A stretch of DNA of 64,000 nucleotides from Pecten maximus (taxonomy: Eukaryota), in contig NC_047022.1 in assembly GCF_902652985.1 (NCBI RefSeq), positions 16,988,001-17,052,000 on the forward strand. The letters are read 5' to 3'. The notes under the pieces are model-generated. The model was not told the DNA's origin. It worked only from the letters and a program-made list of their open reading frames with translations, and made no database searches. The translations under genes were made by a program, and so were the position numbers. Positions 1 to 14,400 of the stretch are shown here, in pieces. Each line of letters opens with the position of its first letter. Within the stretch, counting starts at the first letter, position 1.

Positions 1-195
1 CACTTTATCACTAGCCCTCCACCACTGGGTTGCGAGTTCAAAACCTACGTAGGGCAGTTGCTAGGTACTGACCCTAGGTCGGTGGATTTTCTCCGGGTAC
101 TCCGGCTTTCCTCCACCTCCAAAACCTGGCACGTCCTTAAATGACCCTGGCTGTTAATAGGACGTTAAACAAAAACAAACCAAACCAAACCAAAC
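1..195 (+). mobile_element. tRNA-derived V-domain SINE (5' end outside the window)
   Basis: B-box-like gagttcaaaacc, V-domain-like ttctccgggtactccggctttcctccacc, tail ttaataggacgttaaac followed by (AAACC)n; related copies at 25118 and 61876. Confidence 0.8.
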
Positions 196-3100
196 GTGTT
201 TATAACGAATTCCACTGAATCATAGAAACTAATTCTATGTCAAATTCCCGATTTTGATTTATTTCGTAATATGCAGAAATTCGCATCAAAGATGTTCGTC
301 TTAAGGAATTTTTACTGTACTGCTTATTAATTGCTTGCTAACATTTAATCTTAATTTATCCAGAAATATTAAAATTCCAAACTTATCAAAATCTATACGG
401 GTCCAAATGTAAACATCATAATACTGTGTAACGTGAAATATTCGTTGTGTACAATTTTTCGTGATTCCTATGGAACCACGAATTTAAAAACAACGAATAA
501 TGTTATATGTATTATTGAGTTATTGTTGCGTGGGGTTACCTCGAAAGGTTATACGGTACCTACGAAATAATTTCAAAGTATACGAAAACATTTCATGTTA
601 CACAACATCAAAAATATTCGTTATAATTAATCAAGGATGCAACTTAAAGTAGATACGAGAGCATATATATGACAGCCAGTTGAAATGTCGTGTCTGATGT
701 TATATTCTCTGTTAACTTAATCATACCATATAAATGTAAATATAATGTAAATAGAATGTAAAACCACTGAGGTATAGACGGAACAAGAGCAATCAGGCAC
801 AGGTAAATCCGGCTACACATTCAGAAGTGCACATGCAATTGAATATTTATCAAATGATATTCCGTCCCATCGCAAAATTGCGACAAGTTCGTATACATTT
901 GCATTAAGTGAAGATACATCTCATCATTAGCATTAGTGATGCTCTGTGTGTCTGCAATGCGTTTTATCAGACAAAAGAATCATTTATAAAATGAAATATT
1001 AATTTGTAATGCGTGTTATCAGGTATCGTACTATAAAGTAAAACCTTCAAACATTAAACAGAAACATTATTTGTCAAATGAACTGATTTGTTTATAATAT
1101 TTACTCGTATCTTCACACATATTTCGAATGAAACGAAATCTTTTATAATTAACTTCTTTGATATTGGAACTAATCTATGCTTTGATTTTGTGACATAGAT
1201 AATCTAAATGGTCTATTTCATCCTTGCTATGTAAAGACCATCTCTGGAATCAGAGATTCAGTAGAAGGAAGTGTGTTGTAACTCATTGCAAGGAAAGAAG
1301 AGAATATTTGCGCCAAAATCATAGATATTTTTTTCGTTGTAGTTGAATCATCCAGGTGATGAACGCAGGTCCTCTGGACCTTTTATGAGGACGGATAATG
1401 TCTCGCCCATAGCTCGTCAGAAAAGATCGCCAATTATATCTCGTCATTCTTAAATTCTATAAACTATTTCGTAATGTATCTGACACATCATATTTACCTT
1501 CATACTTTTGTTAATGTAAAAATATGTGTGGCTTTTAACGTGACATGTAGGTAAGGAAATATATTACGCCGTAGGCGCGACGGAGAATCCAATGACGTCA
1601 AAGTCAATGGGTTTTATCCAGAAGTTCCGGTTATACATTCTGCTGTCGCTTTACGTCATACTATTACACAGTAAAATCTACGATGTCTGTAATATTCATG
1701 AAGCTTTATCGGTGACGTTTTACCATGGCATACACTTTTATTGTACAGCTCTCTCGAAATAATTAATTGCGACATAACAATCGCAACGTTTGTAATATTA
1801 CAGTGACATCTTAATTCAAAGGTCAAATTAATATGACGTAAAGGTGGTCAGCTGATAAGCAGCACATGAGCATTTGATTAATAGACCGGCTTTACTAATA
1901 ACAATATGAACATTTTCCTCTTTGCTTGACAATACTAGATTACATTTGTCTACATAGAGCAGTAAAACAAAAGAAGGAAAAGAAAATAGACAAAAGAAAA
2001 AAAAAGAAGAAAAACAGAGAAATGTTTCTGCAATCATAAGATTTGCAATGCCAAGTCATCTGTTTGAAACCGTTCAGAACAAAGTCACATCTAGCTGTAA
2101 AATACTCTATTGAGAGTTCATCAGCATTATTTAATCATTATTGTCAAATTGAACAGTCGTTGTTATAGTAATTTTCTTTTCTGAAAATATAGCACTGTAT
2201 CAGTTTAACCTTTTAGACGTAATGTAGTTATTCATTTGTTATTTCCCGACAAATTCTGAAATTCTTTCGATGATATCGGGTCGTATTTTGTCACAATGCA
2301 ATAAAACATTTTCATTGCCAATGTAACGAAGACGAATTGATGTACATCTGCATTAGGACGGAGTAACTAAGAAGAAAACAGCAATCCGTGTTAATTGTCT
2401 ATAAGAAAGCCTTTGATATTCCTATAACTTATCCTTGGAGTGGCAAAAAAAAAAAAAAAATTATAAGGGAGGAGCAAACTAAAATGCATGCTTATACAAA
2501 GGCTAATTTTACAAATATCCTTCATTAGGCTAAAAGTCCCAAGCTTTTACGGTAACAAACTTTCCACTCTGAAACATTATGGACGTTTTATGTAAAACAT
2601 GTTTATAACGAATTCCACAGAATCATAGAAACTAGTGCTATGTCAAATTCCGGATTTTGATTTATTTCGTAATATGCAGAAATTCGCATCAAAGCTGTTC
2701 CTCTTAAGGAATTTTTACTGTACTGCTTATTAATTGCTTGCTAACATTCAATCTTAATTCATCCAGAAATATTAAAATTCCAAATTTATCAAAATCTATA
2801 CGGGTCCAAATGTAAACATCATAATACTGTGTAACGTGAAATATTCGTTATGTATCAATTTTCGTGATTCCTATGGAACCACGAATTTAAAAACAACGAA
2901 TAATGTTATATGTATTATTGAGTTATTGTTGCGTGAGGTTACCACGAAAGGTTAAACGGTACCTACGAAATAATTTCAAAGTATACGAGAATATTTCATC
3001 TTACACAACATCAAAAATATTCGTTATAATTAATCAAGGATGCAACTTAAAGTAGATACGGGAGCATATATATGACAGCCAGTTGATATATCGTGTCTGA

Positions 3101-5159
3101 TGTTATATTCTCTGTTAACTTTATCTTACCATATAAATGTAAATAGAATGTAAATAGAATGTAAAACCACTGAGGTATAGACAGAACAAGAGCAATCAGG
3201 CCCAGGTAAATCCGGCTACACATTCATATGTGCACATGCAATTGACTATTTATCAAATGATATTCCGCCCATCGCAAAAGTGCGACAAGTTCGTATACAT
3301 TTGCATTAAGTGAAGATACATCCCATCATTAGCATTAGTGATGCTGTGTGTGTCTGCAATGCGTTTTATCAGACAAAAGAATCATTTATAAAATGAAATA
3401 TTAATTTGTAATGCGTGTTATCAGGTATCGTACTATAAAGTAGAACATTCAAACATTAAAAAGAAACATTATTTGTCAAATGAACTTATTTGATTATAAT
3501 ATTTCCTCGTATCTTCACACATATTTCGAACGAAACGAAATCTTTCATAATTAACTTCTTTGATATTGGAACTAATCTATGCTTTGATTCTGTGACATAG
3601 ATAATCTAAATGGTCTATTTCACCCTTGCTATGTAAAGACCATCTCTGGAACCAGATATTCAGTAGAAGGAAGTGTGTTATAACTCATTGCAAGGAAAGA
3701 AGAGAATATTTGCGCCAAAATCATAAGATATTTTTTTCGTTGTAGTTGAGTCATCCAGGTGATGAACGCAGGTCCTCTGGACCTTTTATGAGGACGGATA
3801 ATGTCTCGCCCATAGCTCGTCAGAAAAGATCGCCAATTATATCTCGTCATTCGTAAATTCTATAAACTATTTCGTAATGTATCTGACACATCATATTTAC
3901 CTTCATCTTTTTGTTAATGTAAAAATATGTGTGGCTTTTAACGTGACATGTAGGTAAGGAAATATATTACGCCGTAGGCGCGACGGAGAATCCAATGACG
4001 TCAGAGTCAATGGGTTTTATCCAGAAGTTCCGGTTATACATTCTGCTGTCGCTTTACGTCATACTATTACACAGTAAAATCTACGATGTCTGTAATATTC
4101 GTGAAGCTTTATCGATGACGTTTTACCATGGCATACACTTTTATTGTACAGCTCTCTCGAAATAGTTAATTGCGACATAACAATCTCAACGTTTGTAATA
4201 TTACAGTGACATCTTAATTCAAAGGTCAAATTAATATGACGTAAAGGTGGTCAGCTGATAAGCAGCACATGAGCATTTGATTAATAGACCGGCTTTACTA
4301 ATAACAATATGAACATTTTCTTCTTTGTTTGACAATACTAGATTGCATTTGTCTACACAGAGTAGTAAAAAAAGAAAGAAAAGAAAATAGACGAAAGAAA
4401 AAAAAAAGAAAAAAAAAATGTTTCTGCAATCATAAGATTTGCGATGTCAAGTCATCTGTTTGAAACCGTTCAGAACAAAGTCACAACTAGTTGTAAAATA
4501 CTCTATTGAGAGTTCATCAGCATTATTTAATCATTATTGTCAAATTGAATAGTTGTTGTTATAGTAATTTTCTTTTCTGAAAATATAGCACTGCATCAGT
4601 TTAACCTTTTAGACGTAATGTAGTTATTCATTTGTTATTTCCTGATTGATGATATCGGGTCGTATTTTGTCACAATGCAATAAAAACATTTTCATTGCCA
4701 ATGTAACGAAGACGAATTGATGTACATCTGCATTAGGACGGAGTAACGATGAAGATCCTGTTCACAGTAGGGCTAAAACTATAGTGACCTTTGGCTCTTT
4801 AAGGATGCATCTTACTAAGGGCAAAATAATTATACAAATTTACATCCTCCTTCCCGATTAGTCGCTCACGTAGAAAAAAACAATCCGTGTTAATTGTCTA
4901 TAAGAAAGCCTGTGATATTCCTATAACTTATCCTTGGAGTGGCAAAAAAAAAATATATATAAGGGAAGAGCAATACAAATATTCTTCCCGCGTTGGGGCA
5001 TCAAACTAGATAATGTTTGCTATTGCTCTCTAAGCGTACATCAAACTAAAATGCATGCTTATACAAAGACAAATTTTCCAAATATCCTTCATTAGGCTAA
5101 AAGTCCCAAGCTTGTACGGTAACAAACTTTCCACTCTGAAACATTATGGACGTTTTATG
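196..5159. repeat. Direct tandem duplication, two ~2.4-2.55 kb units (196-2592 and ~2598-5159)
   Basis: Near-identical sequence at offset ~2402; both units start tgtttataacgaattccac and end acattatggacgttttatg; unit 2 has extra segments near 4748-4872 and 4975-5042. Confidence 0.97.
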
Positions 5160-8100
5160 AAGTGTTCGATATTGCAGACAAAAGCTAATCTGAATAGCAT
5201 ACAGGTGGTAATTCACACGGTCACAGCCAGGACAAGTGTGCGGTAGATAAGTTTGTTGCTAGGCATGCACTCGGAAGATGTGTACACTCACTTAAACCTT
5301 ATACTAATAACAAGTATACATGTTATAATGACCTTGAGTAAAATATCGTCATTACAAATTATCTCAGGGTAGAAGATCAGAAAACGAAATCGACACAACC
5401 AAAAAATCTCTGTCATGGCCAAGAATCTTTTAAATGAATCTAGGTCGTGTTTGCTAAACGTTTTTGTAAAAATCTGGATATCCTCTTAGTCTTTTTATAA
5501 CCTGTATACTGAAGCACCATATGTGTAGTTAACACTAAATACAACAAACATTTGTTATATAGTCAACCAAACAATGACGGTGTCAAGTTAACCTTATAAT
5601 TGGCATATTGATAGTAGATAAAAATATAGATAGATACAGACATTATATTTACATTGATACACACATGTGTGTATGCATATAGTACTCTACTCAAATAAGT
5701 TTATAATTGAAACACGTACAATGCACTTTATATATTTAGACAAAAAAAACAAAAAAAAAACATTCGATATGAAAATCTAACGAGGTCATAAAAGTCATCA
5801 AGAAATATCATGTTGGTGTTGAATTATGCGGACTTTGATGCTGTAAAGTTTGTTTTGATCAGGTTATTGTTAGAAAACTGTATTGTATTGTATTGTATTG
5901 TATTATGTTAAATCATATTATCCCATTATGATAGTATTTATAATCTGGAATTTAAAAAAGGACAGAAAAGAGACATCTCCCTTAGAACTAGATCTAGAGC
6001 TAACATTAAAACTAGAACATTTTAGTGCCCTCGAAGACAGCAACAACCCGGGTTAATTGTCTTTAATAAAGCATGCTGTATACTTAGCTATAAGGGAGAT
6101 ACCTCTTTTTACACATATATTAGCTCTTACATAACTGGTCTAGCAAGTCCATTGATATCAGCGATCGTTGAAAGATAACACAAACATTGTTGTTGAGAAA
6201 ATAATTTAATCTCTCTGTTTTTTTTATTATATGTGTCTGTATATATATTAAAACTGCACAATAAAATGCCATAACCTGGACAGGAAGTCATATCACCTCC
6301 AGGTAATTATCATGTTAACAACAGGCTAACCAGCATCTACCTGTCAACACGTGTATTGACCTCAGCGTAAGTAAAGAGTCTTAATTAAGTACTAATTATT
6401 TGCCTAACCTTCAACTTTTAAATGCATGAGACTGATCAGCCTGACGTCACTGTCACATGTAGGTTGGATTTCCAGTGTCGTATCTGGTGTGCTATGTGAG
6501 GTGGTTTTGTATCAGGAGTATAGTTCAAATAAGATATTGCCGTCTGTAGGAACTTCAAACGCAGACAAAGAAACCTTAGATAACGCAATTCACGAAATCA
6601 CAATGAACGTACAAACTGAATATATATATAAATATTTAAATGTACAGTATACATTGTATATAGATTAAAAAAATAGAGATGAACTGCAATAAAATGTGCC
6701 CGTTATTTAAACAGAGGTTTTACAATTACAACGGTATTACAAGGGCATATCTATTACACTTATTGTACCGAAATGTTGTAAAACTGCTAATTTTGAAGTA
6801 ATGTCCAGAGTTTTGAAATGATAAAATATTTACAAAGACTTTACAGCTACTTACATTTCTATAGATATATATACAGAGCATGGAACTTACTAAAAGCGCA
6901 ATGAAATATTATATCACTCATGTGATCATAGATTGCCAAGCAAGAAGTGAAGTTACATATAGCTAGAGGAAGCAATAAGGCCAGATAAAACTGAATTGAA
7001 TATTTTAAATTATAAGACGTCTACGACGCAATATACCTACAGACAAAGAACAGTGAGATATCAGGCTAGTAACCGGATACATAGAGAAATAATAAAAAAA
7101 TATTCATATGCATTATTTTGCACACAACGCAAATTATTTATCGTTTTCTTTACAAAACAAATGTCATTTAGTATTTGTTTCAAACGAAAGCAATGATTTG
7201 CATATAATTGTACATATAATTATACATAGAAATATACATAGAAATATACATAGGAATATACATTTTATAACCAAGTACCAGGAAATATAGGTAAACTGGA
7301 CCTTCTTGCTAATTGTTTCATTCCTACCGACGTGACAAGTCATCAAGTCATTAGACAAAAACACTTAATAATTTGTGTCAAGTAAGCAATTATGTACAAT
7401 ACAACGATAACTAGTTCAAAATAATCAGTCATGATTATTTACTTCTGGTAATCATATAAAACTATAAACTATTTATCTTGCAACAATTGACACACAATTG
7501 ATATCCACTCATACAAGTCATATTTGTGAGCTCAGATTGAAGGTTTTACTGTGAGAGGAAACACGATGACGTACAGAATATCCACGTGGTCGATTAGGTG
7601 ACACACGCGTTTATTTAAGTCGATCAGAGAATCGAACCTTGGTCTCGTAGTTGAGAGCGTTTTCTGTGCCATCCAGCCGCCAATAATGAATACATATATT
7701 ATCAGTGGCTAGGTTAATTATTCGATCTGATGTTCTTTAAAAAGAACGTTGAGCTTGAATGTCATAGTCAGGTGGCTTAGTGGATAGCACACTCGCCATC
7801 TACCAATACAGCATGGGCTCCATCACCGAATTGGAGGTGAAAAGGCAAATCTGTTTGACCACGTCGAGTTTCATCGAGTATTCTTTCCTTCCTCATGATA
7901 AGCAATTCTAACATCTTAATAATAAAGTTAGTCATGCCATCATATTTCCAAACAAGAACACATTTTACTCCATACCTCAAAGAATATTAGAAAGGACCTA
8001 ATATCTAAAAGACCCTTTTAACACTTTATCCTTTACGAAAGACAAATATGCTGTATGATGTTTCATTATTTTGTACCATCTTTTAAGGAATATCTTTAAT

Positions 8101-8282
8101 CTGATATGAGTGCTTGTGTGTAAAAACGCATAAGATACATTTATGTTATTATATGTTATCAAATAATGAAGCTTCACCTGAATTTGTTTCTTGTTTTTTT
8201 TTGTATTTCAAGAAAACATTTAAAAACCTACAGTTAATCACATCCTACTGTCACATTAAACATTTAACATAGGTAGCTGAGA

Positions 8283-8486
8283 TCAGAGTGTACTATTAAA
8301 AGGAAGGGATATAGGGGGACAGATGCATGTAGTGGTGGAATTCACAGTTGTATTCAAAAGAGTTAATGTAGAATTCTTGAAAAAATCCGGCTCCGTGTGG
8401 AAATGAAAAATACTTTCTCCCCACGATTCCGTCGCTCCAATAAGAACTAAAACCGCTATGATGTTCATTAGGAAACCAGCCGTCAC
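8283..8486 (-). CDS. SLC13 copy A exon 14 (last TM helix, N-glycosylation-rich tail, stop)
   Basis: [67 protein letters not shown]. Confidence 0.93.
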   Translation of the reverse strand: MTAGFLMNIIAVLVLIGATESWGESIFHFHTEPDFFKNSTLTLLNTTVNSTTTCICPPISLPFNSTL

Positions 8487-11400
8487 CTGAAAAAAATGGG
8501 GCGGCTTGATTGACTATCCAGAACAAAATATATGACAGACTGTCTGATAAAGGTCGGTTGATAAATTCACAATTATTTAAATCTAATTTAAAACAGACAC
8601 ACCATATTTAATACTATTATAAGAAATTTGTAAATGAGCATCAGTATAAATTAAAATTTCCGTAAAATGAACACATATAGATGATCTCAATTTAGATAAT
8701 TAATGACATATACTTACTTACACATTATGTTATGATAATTACATTTAAATATTTCTTAAAATAACAACGTTATGCATTATATTAAATTTAATTTCGTACT
8801 GTGGAAATTAATCAACTTATAACTTATATAAGTTAGACTGATTAAACATGTGTTCATGATGCCCATTTAAATAGTAGTTTCTTAGACACAAGCTTCTTAG
8901 TATTTTCAATATTCTGATTTGTTTATCCGGACACACACAACTGTTTTGAATAAAATGTCTTGTCATGCTTACTCGACATATCCGCAAATAAAGCGTTTGA
9001 TTGCATTAAGTACATAAACTCGTCTGACAGGTGGCGGAAGTAATATTTCAAACTCACCATATCGATGACCTTGACATAACCGTAGGAAAAAACGACGGCG
9101 TTAGGGGGTGTGGCCACTGGCAGCATGAAGGCGAACGATGTGGCGATGGCGGTTGGGAACATGTAGTATAACGGATTCACTCCCAATTTTATTGCCTGAA
9201 ACAAACAATAAGTAATGCATACTTGCAAGTTGAAACGTATTTCATACTCCTCATTATTGAAATGTTTTATCGTAGAAAAATAGGCAGATAATGACAAACG
9301 TACAACCGTTGTTTACGAAGTATACACAGTGCGATATGTGCAAAAAATATTTTTGAAACTTTCAAATCTTCAACATTAAACAGGTCTATTTCAGAAGTTT
9401 TTGGCTGACTATTGTGGGATAGAAAACTGTAAATATGGAGTTTCTGGCGATATACAGACTGATAAAATCACGAGGTAACTTTATGATCTACATCGTAATC
9501 TCATTAAAATGTTCTATTTATCACAATATGAAGTATAACTTGCCCGATGTTTATTGGCATTCCCCGTGAGACCGTTGCTATCACCGTGTTTCTCGTTTTG
9601 ACCACGTGACATTATCGATTTTTATTTAGAATTACGGGCTCGTTATTTTAGTCGGCATTTGGCGGATGTCTGTGGTAAGGCAATGTTTAAATATTGCCCT
9701 CGTTTTGAGTAAGAATTATTATTTTGTTTACATGTCGATGTTATCTGTTTGCTTTTAGTTTCAGTCTAGAACCAGAACGATAGTTGATCCTTTCTTCAAT
9801 TTAAACGAGATATTAGAATATATCAGTAAAGGGGTATGTTGTGGGGGTATATAAGAGAATGCACCCTAGTTGCTTGCAAATATAAACATGAAATGAAGGA
9901 ATGCTATGAACTGATAACGACTGTAATGTTCACTTAATCATTCAAAACTTTTGTTATATTTTACCAGTTCGGCCATAATGGGCATCATCAATGTACAGAT
10001 GGCTGTGTTACTGGTCACTTCTGTAGCGGCCGCTACGATGTAACATAGGATGAGATTCATTACCCAAGGTTCAAAGCTACTAAACACGGTCAGTTTGTCT
10101 CCAAGCCAGGATGACAACCCGGATACCTTCAAAAAACCAAAATTTGATATCGGTCAATATATATGATACCAGTAATGGATTACAACTACCAAGGCATAGA
10201 TCAGGTAATATTATGCAAATTGAGGTTTATCGAATGCATAAATAATTAAATCATAACTTCAACGTCCAAGACCAGTAACCACAACTAAAGGGTAAGACAA
10301 ACACTCCAGTACTTCACTCTAAGTAAGCAAGGAGTGATGATTTATTTTATAGGAGCCTAATATTTACATACTTGATATTCAAATATTAACGTAACATATA
10401 TTCACCTGACTTCCATTTGCAAGTGCAAATCCGCCACCAATCAGTAGAATGACACCCCATGGTATAGATTTCTCCACCACTTTCCATGACATTAAGGGTT
10501 TAACGGCCATTTTAGAAGCTGAAATTCATGAAAAGACTAGTAAATTTCTCATAAAAATGTTGCTGCGATTAGATAAAAACACATACAAAACAAATAAATA
10601 AATAACCACCCCCCCCCCCCCCCCCCTCACCCCCCGCAAAAAAAAAAAAAAAAAAGAAACAAAACAGCAAAAAACAAGACTAACAATGGAAAGACTTAAT
10701 CATATAGAATACAGTGTCCCTCAGAGAAACAAGGAAACTGCTGACTGGGTTACACATGCATACATTGCGATATATGGTAAATGATGATGTGCGTGTTTGT
10801 ATTTACTGTTAGAAGACGTTAATACCTGGTGAGGTTACAATATTGTAGATAATGTAGGGTTTAACGTAAGTTCCTTTTGACCTCGTGTCTCGTGACTAAA
10901 GCTAATGTGTTAGTGTATCATTAAAGCGAATAATGTTATACGGAAGTTACTGACCTTTGCTATCATAAATGGATTCATCTGTTTTTCCAAACCTGAAAAT
11001 GTTTGGTATCTCGGACGGAAACAAGAAGAGACTTGCTGATATCAAAACGGATGGAGTCGAATCTGTAACGGTTCTGAAACAAAAATTATAATGTATCATT
11101 ACATCCATCCAATAGGATTATTGCTGCGGGGAAACTCGTATATGTTTATATTTACAATGACAAAAATTCAGCATCCTAATATAAGTGTCTGTTCGTGTTT
11201 AAGGATAGTGTATTTGCACTGAATAGTATATTTCAGATTTGCTAATACATGTATTCTGTTAAAAAAACACAACATAATTTAAAGATTATAGGCGTTTTAA
11301 GCCTTTGTGTGTCGGCCCGATTTCCTGTTGTATATAATTTCTATTAATTTTTGTACCATTCGGTTTTTCTTATCTTTTTATTTGACATCTGATGATGTGC

Positions 11401-14400
11401 ATTTTGTTACAACTATCTCCTAGCCAATTGACCACTATGTCATTTGAATCATTTTGTTATGCAGATAGGAGACTACTTCAAAACTAACAATCTGTATACG
11501 AGGTTACATAACTTGTCGTAACATTATACAGGTTGGTTTATTTTGTTTAACGTCCTATTAACAGCGAAGGACATTTAAGGACGGCCTCCCGTGCGTGCGA
11601 CATACATGCGTGGGGTATCGTTTGACTACAAGTTAGAAGGGGTTTATACATTGTAAAAAGTCCACTGTAAAATTTTGATATTGACGAAATGTTTGTTTTG
11701 TATATATGTAATACGTACCATGCTCTAAGGCGAACGTTAATGTGCACCACTTCAACATGCATTATAGAGAGGGATGGTTTACAGCTTGGTAATGGACATT
11801 TTGTTACAACACAGATGTCAAATACGCAGTTGTTATTCATAAATCGAGGAGGATTTCCGCTATTTAAATGCGCATTTTTAAAAACGAGCCAGTCGGTATA
11901 TTCGTATGTTCTCGGTAAAAAGTATTAGGAAGCAACATTTATGCATGGCAAGTTTTGATTTAGAGTAACAATCTGTACGAATCATTTCATTTGTCTATTT
12001 GTAACATTTGATATCTCTAGCAGTTTTTGCGTCACTTTAGGACACGACACTAGCAGCGATTGAAAGTAAAAATAGCCATGTACATTTAAGTAAGTACATT
12101 TGTAGTGCCAATATCAGAAACTATTAAAAAGAAATTCTCTTCACTCCTTTTTTTTGTATTATTATTTGAAATTGTGTTCCATTGTCACCACCATAATATT
12201 CATTTTGAAAATGTACCTAAACAGATATTTGATCTAGATTTGTATGGTGGGTGTTGTCGACGTCGCTCCAAAACACCTGGGCTCATATTCATGAAACTGT
12301 ACTCCTGCTCAAATACACATTTTGTGCTTGGGCTTGGACTAAAGAGGGCCAAGAGAATTTAGGGTAAATCTGATAGCTTAATTTACATTTTTTCCCAATG
12401 ATTTGAAGGAATTATGTGAAATATTGATTGAAGTGTTAAGACTTTTTCTTTCAAACTTACATCTTATGATTTAAGTACATTAAAAAGAAGTTGGGTTGAA
12501 CACAAATCTCATGCTTGAGCATGAAAATAGTCTCATATATACGGCCCTTTGAACCTTTTCTGTGGTCTCTGAGCAAACCGATGTGTTTTTTTCTTATATG
12601 TTGCCCTTGCTTTATCGACATTGATTAAGAATTATGTTTTCGTTATTATCTCGCTGTTTGGTACATACTTCTCCGGGAACAAATCTCCCCATCCACCGAC
12701 TCCACCCAGATCACGTGAAATCCACAAAATGACAAGTAATAAGAAATGACCCATCACAGCGCCTTGAGCAAATCTGAAAAACAAGAGCCCAAACGAGCAG
12801 TTATTATCATTCACGAGTAGCATCATCGTTATATGGACTGTCATATTATATTAAAAATGCGAATTATTCAGATTTTATTATCGAAATAATTAATATATGA
12901 AAAAAAACCCACATATTATCTGAACATATTACTACCATTACAGGATTTTACATATACTTTGGGTACATGTTTTTTGCAATCTTTTTAACAAACAAAAGTC
13001 TTTGATACGTACGTAATGGGACCTAAAGCAGTATACTCCCTTCTCAACACCTCTGTAACTCGTCTAGATGTGTCTTCGTCCTGTTTGTGACAGCAACTAA
13101 AACACGATCTACAAAAGTAAAGGAATAATATCAGATGTAGCAATGCAAGTAGTCTTTTTAATACGCCAAGGAAAGATAAGAAAAGCATGTACAACACCAA
13201 ATTTCATGCATCTTTTACAATATTTAGGGAGAAGTAAATTATGCAAAACACGACATGAGAATGCTTGAGTAATTTAAAATATCCTGATAAATAGGAATAT
13301 CCGCCAATGTATAAGTGTTTCCAGCTACAATAGGTCTTAGATGTACGGTTGGCTTTGATCCTAGTGACGTGACGTCATTATTTCTTGTCCTTGTGACGTG
13401 ACCTCATTATTCCTTGTGACGACACCTTTTTACTAAGAGTTTATCAACAATTACGAATGGAAATGGATACAACTATAGGAAAAAAACCTATATACAGGGT
13501 TGCACTGTAAAGTTAAACATTGTTGTACGAATCAAATGTGGTTAGTGAGTTCAGGAACAGACAGCTGGTAAGATGAACATAAGCATACGAAATCCCCCAA
13601 AATACCTGTATGTTGCGAGGGATTTAGATTTATATTGAAAATATAATACAGAAAGGATAATAATATATACCTAATTTTTATTATTCTTTATACGTATATT
13701 TGCATCAGCTAAAATTGGCAAAGAAGACTTCTCATGGGAACACAATCTTATCACTATATGGAAAGTTTATGACATGCTGTTCTCGTAAGAATCATCGAGT
13801 TGCTTGGCTATCCCAGAGTGGCCTATTTGCTTAGGTATGTGGACATCGTCGTGCTTATATTGTCATTATATGACGATTTTGTTTTTAAACTGATTTTGAT
13901 TTTGATTTATGATGAGAAAATACGTGTAAACACACAAGACACCCAACGGGTAAATAGTTTAACTGGTGTTAAAAGAAAAGTTTAAGTGGTCACAAGATTA
14001 TTGTTTGTTGTCCTCATATATGCGTAATAACTGTAAAAGATAAACAAATGAGACCAGAGTGAAGAGCCATACGGAACAAACCTGAACTATATTTCATTTA
14101 AAAAAATGGAATTTATTACACCTTTCTATGTTTTATTGACAATGAACATATCATTTGAACTCTTTTCGCCACTGAAAGGTAGTCGAATTGTAAACACTTA
14201 CAACTATACTGTTTTAATATTGAAAATAAATATGAATTGAAAACCGTACACTATATATATATATATATACAATGTACATGTATATTCAAATATTCGTTGG
14301 TCAAACAAAATTATAAAGATTTTCCTTGTATGGATTTACAGTAATAATGCACTGAAACATCACAATAGTTTAATGTTAAGCCAATATGCACATTATCTGC

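Noticed and set aside
3629-3850. 73-aa minus-strand ORF in the duplicated unit
   Set aside because: No recognisable motif; the equivalent in unit 1 is frameshifted.
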